DNA from: a virus
UHGV virus genome: UHGV-0438775
Direction: 5' to 3' (one strand)
DNA length: 5,176 bases
Shown piece by piece: positions 1 through 4,939 of this stretch. Below the pieces are notes generated by a model. That model was not told the DNA's origin. It saw nothing but the letters and a program-made list of their open reading frames with translations, and did no database searches. The translations under genes and the position numbers were made by a program. Numbering within the stretch: the first letter of the stretch is position 1; each line of letters starts with the position of its first letter.

Positions 1-47
1 TCCGGCACCGGCTGAGACTGGTACGGCTCCAGTAGCCGACTAATTTA

Positions 48-155
48 AACAAGTGTGGGGGGGTTACACGGCTGTGAGCCCCCCCTCACCTCTTTTGAGG
101 TGGGGGGCGTAAGCCGTGTAATAGCCTAGGGCGCCCCCCTCCACTTGTTTTTATT
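48..155 (+). terminator. GC-rich compound hairpin (outer imperfect palindrome enclosing an inner G/C-run hairpin) followed by a T-tract; candidate intrinsic terminator and/or cruciform structural element
   Basis: The outer arm 64-73 (ttacacggct) pairs perfectly with 112-121 (agccgtgtaa). The G7 run at 57-63 pairs with the C6T run at 134-140, and caagtg at 50-55 pairs with cacttg at 142-147. The inner hairpin has C-run/tcacctc (79-92) paired with gaggtg/G-run (97-107) around a TTTT loop. It is immediately followed by tttttatt (148-155). Local GC is about 60%, against about 40% for the rest of the window. Confidence 0.45.
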
Positions 156-166
156 ATGACAGTGGA

Positions 167-200
167 TGGCGATTACCTATTACTTGACATGTAATCGCCA
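167..200 (+). promoter_or_regulatory. Perfect 10-bp-stem hairpin whose 14-nt loop carries a phiX174-like nick-site motif (ACTTG/A); candidate rolling-circle (+) origin
   Basis: tggcgattac (167-176) is the exact reverse complement of gtaatcgcca (191-200). The loop ctattACTTGACATgtaat resembles the phiX174 ori core AACTTG^ATATTAATAAC (ACTTGA.AT then TAAT). It lies about 140 nt upstream of the Rep gene. Confidence 0.35.
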
Positions 201-204
201 AGTG

Positions 205-232
205 ACACCACGATACAAATACATAGTGGTGT
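205..232 (+). repeat. Second stem-loop (7-bp stem acaccac/gtggtgt with a 14-nt loop) immediately downstream of the candidate ori hairpin
   Basis: acaccac at 205-211 pairs with gtggtgt at 226-232, and the loop is gatacaaatacata. Together with the 167-200 hairpin it forms a tandem stem-loop pair, each with a 14-nt loop. Confidence 0.3.
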
Positions 233-263
233 TGCCTATTCAAATAATTTGTAGTACATTTGT
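231..263 (+). promoter_or_regulatory. Candidate Bacteroidetes-type promoter for Rep (-7 TAnnTTTG, with a weak -33 element)
   Basis: tacatttg at 256-263 matches the Bacteroides -7 consensus TAnnTTTG exactly. gttg at 231-234 is a 3/4 match to the -33 TTTG, at a spacing of about 21 bp. The predicted TSS near 270 lies about 70 nt upstream of the Rep ATG. Confidence 0.3.
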
Positions 264-281
264 GCCATGAGCCGATAACGC

Positions 282-301
282 TTGATAGTTAAGATTATCA
301 A
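282..301 (+). promoter_or_regulatory. Short inverted repeat TTGATA-N8-TATCAA in the Rep 5' leader (possible operator or RNA hairpin)
   Basis: ttgata at 282-287 is the reverse complement of tatcaa at 296-301. The element sits between the candidate promoter and the Rep start codon. Confidence 0.2.
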
Positions 302-340
302 AGCCTGCTTTTGGACTAAACTTATATATCATTCTAGTAA

Positions 341-1279
341 ATGCAGTGTGTTAATCAAATACAAGTATTGAACCCAAAGACGGGTAAATTTATAAAAGTC
401 CCTTGCGGTACTTGTTACGCTTGTCAAAGCAACAAACGGTCATCTTGGATGTTTCGTAATACAGTTGAACTACAATATTCACAGAGTGCGTTCTTTTGTA
501 CCCTCACGTACAATGATACTGCGCTGATGGGTCTTCCGTATCACGGTACATCTAATTTGCGAATGCCCTTGAAATATCATTATCAACGCTGGTTGAAACG
601 TCTTCGCAAGGCGTTACAGCCTGCCAAGGTTCGGTATTTCTTATGCCACGAATATGGTGACGAATCGTTCCGCCCTCATTATCATGCTTTGCTATATCTA
701 GATACTGATATATCTCTTACAGATATGCGTTGTCTTATATCTGATACTTGGAGGTATGGTAATATAACCTGCGATTTTGTCTCTCCTGCTCGTATACATT
801 ATCTGACTAAGTACGTGACTAAACAGTTTCGTAACGTCAAAAGCTCTGGACGGTCTGTAGATTATATATTTAACCATACTTGGGATAATAGAGATTTACA
901 GCATCGCTATATAGTTGAGTACTACCTTAAGAAGTTTTCTTTTGTTGTAGCTAGTCAAGGCTTAGGTTGTCAGCTCCTGCGTGAGCCTGCTTTTATACGT
1001 TGGTTTTGGGATCACCTCATAGTTGGTGAATCCTATCCGAATTATGTTATTGGAGGACGCTCGTTTGCTCTACCTCGTATATACCTGCGTAAGTTGGTAC
1101 CCGAGTTGTGGAGAGATGAGATTTCCCCCGATATATCGCCCGAGGCTTATTCAGCCCGATTATCTGATCTTGCGTCTGACGCTAATCTCACCGTAAAACA
1201 GTATATAGAAAATGCGCGCTATATACAAGACAGAAAGTCTCAAATCATCCGCGCTAATAACAAAAAATCCCCTTTGTAA
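341..1279 (+). CDS. VP4: Microviridae VP4 replication initiator (rolling-circle Rep, HUH endonuclease superfamily)
   Basis: The 312-aa ORF begins at the first ATG after an in-frame TAA (338-340). An N-terminal Cys cluster PCGTCYAC (aa 21-28) is typical of gokushovirus VP4. RCR motif I is FCTLTY (nt 494-511). Motif II is the HUH triad RPHYHALLY (nt 671-697). Motif III is YLTKYVTK (nt 800-823), with the catalytic Tyr pair YxxKY. The gene sits upstream of the structural genes, as in Gokushovirinae. Confidence 0.9.
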   Translation: MQCVNQIQVLNPKTGKFIKVPCGTCYACQSNKRSSWMFRNTVELQYSQSAFFCTLTYNDTALMGLPYHGTSNLRMPLKYHYQRWLKRLRKALQPAKVRYFLCHEYGDESFRPHYHALLYLDTDISLTDMRCLISDTWRYGNITCDFVSPARIHYLTKYVTKQFRNVKSSGRSVDYIFNHTWDNRDLQHRYIVEYYLKKFSFVVASQGLGCQLLREPAFIRWFWDHLIVGESYPNYVIGGRSFALPRIYLRKLVPELWRDEISPDISPEAYSARLSDLASDANLTVKQYIENARYIQDRKSQIIRANNKKSPL

Positions 1280-1281
1280 CT

Positions 1282-1410
1282 ATGAGTTTTATCAAACCGA
1301 AACTAGGATTCTTCGCCAAGTTGCGTAAGTTCCGAATCCCTATCATCTTGCTACTTGTAGCTATTGGAGTGCTTTGCATCTCCTTTGGCTGGTCTGTAAT
1401 CTTAATCTAA
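1282..1410 (+). CDS. Small single-pass membrane protein, 42 aa (basic N-terminus plus C-terminal TM helix); candidate lysis or membrane accessory protein
   Basis: This ORF is not in the supplied track because it is below the length cutoff. ATG 1282-1284 lies 2 nt after the Rep stop, and the TAA at 1408-1410 lies 6 nt before the next ATG. The translation is MSFIKPKLGFFAKLRKFRIPIILLLVAIGVLCISFGWSVILI. It has a basic amphipathic N-terminal segment followed by about 22 hydrophobic residues. It exactly fills the Rep-ORF132 gap on the coding strand of an otherwise gapless genome. Its start context AACTATG is identical to that of VP1. Confidence 0.4.
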   Translation: MSFIKPKLGFFAKLRKFRIPIILLLVAIGVLCISFGWSVILI

Positions 1411-1416
1411 TCTAAT

Positions 1417-1815
1417 ATGGAAACTTGTAAGTATAGAAATAACCCGTTTAATATACGGTATAATGCTTCCAATAATTGGAAAGGTCAAACAGAACCTAAG
1501 AACGGATTCTGTCAGTTCTCAGAATTGAAGTACGGTGTTCGTGCTGCTTTCCTGCTTGTCTTTAACTATCGTAATTTGCACGATGCGACTACTCCACGTG
1601 ATATAATACGATATTGGGCGCCAAAGGAAGACGGTAATGATACGTCTGCTTATATAAACTTTGTCGGACAGCTCATTAACGAAGATGAGCCAATAGATAC
1701 TACTTTGGAGTATCTGATTCTGCTTTATAGTATGTGGAAAGTAGAACAAGGATGGGTTCCCAGCCTTTGGGAGTTTGCTACACTTTTGAATGCGTCACTA
1801 ATAGAAGATCTATAA
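1417..1815 (+). CDS. Hypothetical protein, 132 aa, acidic, in the VP5 position between Rep and VP1 (function unknown)
   Basis: A clean ORF on the coding strand with tight spacing on both sides (6 nt upstream, 3 nt before the VP1 ATG). It has about 17 acidic and 12 basic residues, so it is not a basic DNA-binding protein of the J/VP8 type. It contains W/G/aromatic-rich segments (NPFNIRYNASNNWKG, GVRAAFLLVFNY) suggestive of a folded domain. It ends with a TAA and is in the same frame as VP1, separated from it only by TAA-ACT. Confidence 0.6.
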   Translation: METCKYRNNPFNIRYNASNNWKGQTEPKNGFCQFSELKYGVRAAFLLVFNYRNLHDATTPRDIIRYWAPKEDGNDTSAYINFVGQLINEDEPIDTTLEYLILLYSMWKVEQGWVPSLWEFATLLNASLIEDL

Positions 1816-1818
1816 ACT

Positions 1819-3720
1819 ATGCCAAATCTAACTAAGTATTCGCTTGACCACGAGGTTCGTTCAAGCTTTGAGATGGGTCAATTGATACCCTTTCTCTGCC
1901 AGGAAGTAGTTCCAGGTGATAAATACCGTGTGCAGTCTAGTACACTTGTGCGCCTACAGCCTATGTTATCGCCACTGATGCACCGCCTTGATTATTATCA
2001 GCGGTATTATTATGTGCCTTATAGGTTGCTTATACCTCACTATGAGCAATTACTTACCGATCCTGATAGTAAGTATGTAGTGCCATCTATGGATAAGTAT
2101 CTTCAGTTTAAGGCGAAGAAGTTTAAGGATTTGTTCGCTGAAAAACCACTGCTAGAATATTTTGGTCTTGCTACATCTAATGGCGAAGCCGATCCTACTA
2201 ATGTTCTTAAGGATCTTAACGCTACTCCCCTACTCGCTTATTACCTCATATATAATCACTATTATATGAGATCTGATCTAGACAAGCGATATGTTGACCA
2301 GCTTCGCCCAGAGAATTTTGAATCTGCTGAACTGCGCAAGTATATAGGCGATGTAATGAATGTCAATGAAGGACTTGACTATTTTACCAGCGCTAAGACC
2401 TCTACTCAGTATGGTAATATGGTGCAACTTGATATGAACGGTGATAATACTATTACTGTACCCGAGATGCGTCTTGCTGAGCGTCTGCAATCGTTTAGAG
2501 AGCGGTTACTGCGTGTTGGTGGTAAGTATGTGAATTATATTAAGGAGTTCTTCGGAGTTGAACCTTTGGACGCTAGAGTTCAAATTCCTAAGTATCTCGG
2601 TGGTGATTCATATGTCCTTAACGTCTCTGATGTTGACCAGACAGCTCCCTCAGATCTTGGTTCGGTTGGTGAGAGTTACGGTAAATCTGTATCGGTTAAT
2701 CGCACGGGTCAGATTCAGTACGATGTTTATGAGCATGGCTTAATTATTGGTCTTCACTTTGTGCGTCCTCGTCCGTCAAATATTGGTGGTTGCCCTAAGT
2801 TGTTTACCCGCCGTAATTACTTTGATTTCTTCAATCCTCATTTTTCGGCTCTTGGTTATCAAGAGATAGAGGGTCGTGAGTTGGACGTTACTCGCCCTAA
2901 AGATGAAGCGTTTGGATATGTTCCTAGATATGATGATTATAGATATGGTAATGATGTTGTTAGCGGTGATTTCCGTAGGTCTCTTAATTTCTGGCATTTG
3001 TCGCGAGATATATCCAAGGAGAGATTATCAGTTCCTTTCGTGACTTGCCGTCCAGATCCTCGTATATTTAGTTATGAGGGTGAGAACGGTAGAGTTGAGT
3101 TATATTTCTTCTCAGCTGAAGCGGATCGTTTTTTGAAGAACGGTGGATCAAAACGTATTGTTTTAGAAGGTTTTCTTTGGATGCCCGTAAATTCTGTATC
3201 TGTCGGTTCTAAGGTTAAACTTGCGTCTTATATTCATACAAATATAGGTGATGCTTCTAAGGCTTATTTTGTTGATACAGTTGAGATTAAAAGTTTATTG
3301 CCTAGAGAATCTACCGCTATTTTACCTGTGATTGATATTAATCGGTCTGAGACTAAATTTGAGTATGCTCATGAACCCGTAGAATTGACTACTGTTGATA
3401 AGGTTTTTTCTATAGAGATAGGAGATGATGAATTTGTTTCTTCCGATGTGCTTGTAGCAACTTGTGGTGATAAGGTTGGTACATTTGTAATTTGTGATGT
3501 TAGACCTAAGGTAAAGGTACATCCTGGAGAATCTGCCGATGATTTTCAACAGATGTTGCAAGAGATTGATCAGTTGCGTGTTGTAGATGGTTGTGTTGCT
3601 GGCTTTGCTAGTTATCATAAATCTGGGCACCTAGAGAACAATCACGTGTTGTCAGTTACTTATAATAATGTTGACGTACTTCGTCCGCTGGCTCGTTATG
3701 ATGGTAATGTACTTAGATAG
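1819..3720 (+). CDS. VP1: Microviridae VP1 major capsid protein (F-like jelly-roll)
   Basis: The 633-aa ORF is the largest in the window. Its N-terminus, MPNLTKYSLDHEVRSSFEMGQLIPFLCQEVVPGDKY, matches the hallmark gokushovirus VP1 start (basic-Asn-x-Phe ... G-x-L-x-P ... VLPGD). Its length is in the VP1 range. It is followed 8 nt later by VP2. Confidence 0.92.
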   Translation: MPNLTKYSLDHEVRSSFEMGQLIPFLCQEVVPGDKYRVQSSTLVRLQPMLSPLMHRLDYYQRYYYVPYRLLIPHYEQLLTDPDSKYVVPSMDKYLQFKAKKFKDLFAEKPLLEYFGLATSNGEADPTNVLKDLNATPLLAYYLIYNHYYMRSDLDKRYVDQLRPENFESAELRKYIGDVMNVNEGLDYFTSAKTSTQYGNMVQLDMNGDNTITVPEMRLAERLQSFRERLLRVGGKYVNYIKEFFGVEPLDARVQIPKYLGGDSYVLNVSDVDQTAPSDLGSVGESYGKSVSVNRTGQIQYDVYEHGLIIGLHFVRPRPSNIGGCPKLFTRRNYFDFFNPHFSALGYQEIEGRELDVTRPKDEAFGYVPRYDDYRYGNDVVSGDFRRSLNFWHLSRDISKERLSVPFVTCRPDPRIFSYEGENGRVELYFFSAEADRFLKNGGSKRIVLEGFLWMPVNSVSVGSKVKLASYIHTNIGDASKAYFVDTVEIKSLLPRESTAILPVIDINRSETKFEYAHEPVELTTVDKVFSIEIGDDEFVSSDVLVATCGDKVGTFVICDVRPKVKVHPGESADDFQQMLQEIDQLRVVDGCVAGFASYHKSGHLENNHVLSVTYNNVDVLRPLARYDGNVLR

Positions 3721-3728
3721 TTATAGCT

Positions 3729-4763
3729 ATGGATCCCGTAACAATTGCAGGTCTTGCAGGTGCAGGCGCTAGCCTCTTCGGTGGTCTCGTTAATAATGCT
3801 TGGGCAGATGCCCGTAGTGATAAACAATGGCATCGCACTTTGTACATGCAGGACAAAATGAATGCTTATAATGCGCCCGTTGCTCAGATGGAGCGACTTG
3901 CACAAGCTGGATTAAATCCTAATCTTGTGTACGGTAATGGCGGTAGCGTTATACAGTCCGCTGGCGGTAATGCTCCGAATCCTCCTAATACTGCTCCTAT
4001 TGATACGCAGGGAGTGTTACAGATGGTGCAGACTGTTGTAAACGGTATGCTTGAAAAGGATAAGATTCAGGCTGAAAAGGAGATTTCAGAAGCTAAGAAT
4101 ACCACGACTAAAGAGGTTACTCAGATGCAGAATACGACTTCGGAGCGTAATGTTGATGTTACTACTCAGTCTAATGAAAAGGTTGCTACTGAACGTAATG
4201 AGACTGAAAAGGAGATTAACAAAGATCGGATTCAGTCTAACGAAAAGATTGCTTCTGAGAATCGTGCTGAGAATGCTCGTCAGTTTGATTTGTCGTTTGC
4301 TCATCAAGTTTCTGTTGATAATGCTCGTATCGCAATTGATCGGAGCTTAGCTAATTCTACTATTGCTCTGCATTCTTCTCAGATTCGGTTGAACAATTTG
4401 TCTGCTAATCTTCAAGAAGCTATACAGCCGTATTTGGTTGATAAATCTAAGTATGAGGCATTGTCTTTGGCTTTTTCGTATGGTAATGATAGGCTTAATC
4501 AGTTTTTATCTTTACCACAGTATATTGGAGAAGGTGAATTAGGTGCTGTTTTTGATGAGGCTGGTTTGCCTCGTCCTGCTGGTTATCAGCTTAAGATGAT
4601 AGCAGATTTTCATAATCAACAGTTTGAGCTATGGAAGAAAGTTGGTGAAGCAGATTATGAGCGTGCTGATGCTGCTGCTTGGTATGCTGGTTGGAATGCT
4701 TTCTTTGGCGCTGCTTCTGGTCCGTTTAAGATGGGTATTACAGCTGCTTCAATTATTAAATGA
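3729..4763 (+). CDS. VP2: Microviridae VP2 minor capsid / DNA pilot protein
   Basis: This 344-aa ORF lies directly after VP1. It has a Gly/Ala-rich N-terminus (IAGLAGAGASLFGG) and the conserved pilot-protein block NAYNAPVAQMERLAQAGLNPNLVYG (NSP..Q..R.K.AGLNP.L.YG type). The central region is a low-complexity E/K/N/T-rich predicted coiled-coil with an internal duplication. The C-terminus is Ala/Gly/Trp-rich. Confidence 0.85.
   Translation: MDPVTIAGLAGAGASLFGGLVNNAWADARSDKQWHRTLYMQDKMNAYNAPVAQMERLAQAGLNPNLVYGNGGSVIQSAGGNAPNPPNTAPIDTQGVLQMVQTVVNGMLEKDKIQAEKEISEAKNTTTKEVTQMQNTTSERNVDVTTQSNEKVATERNETEKEINKDRIQSNEKIASENRAENARQFDLSFAHQVSVDNARIAIDRSLANSTIALHSSQIRLNNLSANLQEAIQPYLVDKSKYEALSLAFSYGNDRLNQFLSLPQYIGEGELGAVFDEAGLPRPAGYQLKMIADFHNQQFELWKKVGEADYERADAAAWYAGWNAFFGAASGPFKMGITAASIIK
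4069..4281 (+). repeat. Internal imperfect direct duplication within the VP2 coiled-coil region
   Basis: ctgaaaaggagatt occurs exactly at 4070-4083 and at 4202-4215, 132 nt (44 codons) apart. cagtctaatgaaaaggttgctactgaacgtaatgag (4157-4192) is repeated imperfectly as cagtctaacgaaaagattgcttctgagaatcgtgctgag (4231-4269). At the protein level, AEKEIS...QSNEKVATERNE is followed by TEKEIN...QSNEKIASENRAEN. Confidence 0.55.
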
Positions 4764-4801
4764 TTTGTTTTATCTTTGTCGCGTAACTAATTTGTATAGC
4801 T

Positions 4802-4939
4802 ATGAATTTAATGCATTTGTTGACTTACGTCGTTATGGTTGCTATGTTCGTTGGTGCTATATGGGTTATTGCGACATTGACCCTTAGTATAATTCGAAAG
4901 ATACGTAACTTCAATAATCATGGAAAAACGAAAATATAA
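4802..4939 (+). CDS. Small single-pass membrane protein, 45 aa (N-terminal TM helix plus basic C-terminal tail); candidate lysis protein (amurin-like)
   Basis: This ORF is not in the supplied track. ATG is at 4802-4804 and TAA at 4937-4939. The translation is MNLMHLLTYVVMVAMFVGAIWVIATLTLSIIRKIRNFNNHGKTKI. It has about 24 hydrophobic residues and then an R/K-rich tail, the same layout as phiX174 E (N-terminal TMD, basic C-terminus). It fills the VP2-VP3 gap and overlaps the VP3 start by 20 nt. Its start context TATAGCTATG is a 10-mer identical to that of VP2 (3722-3731). Confidence 0.4.
   Translation: MNLMHLLTYVVMVAMFVGAIWVIATLTLSIIRKIRNFNNHGKTKI

Noticed and set aside
150-200. Possible XerC/D dif-like integration site (microvirus prophages of Bacteroidetes integrate at dif).
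   Set aside because: By eye there is no convincing match to a dif-like 28-mer, that is an 11-bp arm, 6-bp spacer and 11-bp arm with a TTATG or ATAA core. The call cannot be made without the flanking sequence and a proper motif search.
184-212. TTGACA (184-189) as a sigma70 -35 box.
   Set aside because: There is no acceptable -10 hexamer at 16-18 bp spacing (accacg / caccac / ccacga). The hexamer sits inside the hairpin loop. The absence of SD sequences and the TAnnTTTG motif point to Bacteroidetes-type promoters, so a proteobacterial -35/-10 reading is not favoured.
1519-1749. A minus-strand 76-aa ORF antisense to ORF132. Other minus-strand ORFs are at 2278-2490, 2776-2997, 3322-3630, 3696-3905 and 4086-4307.
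   Set aside because: Microviridae encode all genes on one strand, and the packaged strand equals the mRNA sense. These ORFs are wholly embedded antisense within well-supported genes and are Ile/Asn/Ser/Leu-rich low-complexity translations of AT-rich sequence. They have no start-context similarity to the real genes. Their lengths are within chance expectation.
2558-2743. A 61-aa + strand ORF in an alternate frame inside VP1.
   Set aside because: It is short and hydrophobic/low-complexity and fully nested in the capsid gene, with no supporting signal. It is most likely a chance ORF.
4051-4350. A 99-aa extremely basic, Leu-rich ORF (MKRIRFRLKRRFQKLRIPRLKRLL…) in the +1 frame nested inside VP2. 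It is tempting as an overprinted J/VP8-like DNA-binding gene.
   Set aside because: It coincides exactly with the purine-rich GAA/AAG/GAG low-complexity coiled-coil segment of VP2. Shifting that codon composition by one base automatically yields AAA/AGG/AGA (K/R) codons with no stops. It has no independent start context and is low-complexity throughout. It is most likely a compositional artifact. The call could be revisited if the ORF turns out to be conserved as an open frame in relatives despite synonymous VP2 variation.
4624-4887. An 87-aa + strand ORF overlapping the VP2 C-terminus in the +1 frame and extending into the VP2-VP3 gap.
   Set aside because: Its hydrophobic Leu-rich portion derives from the GCT-rich Ala/Gly codons of VP2 read out of frame (gct gct → ctg ctg). 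Its portion within the gap is Cys/Tyr-rich with no clear character. The 45-aa ORF at 4802-4939, in another frame, fits the gap exactly, has a clean TM plus basic-tail architecture and shares the VP2 start context. That ORF is preferred. The 87-aa ORF cannot be fully excluded without comparative data.
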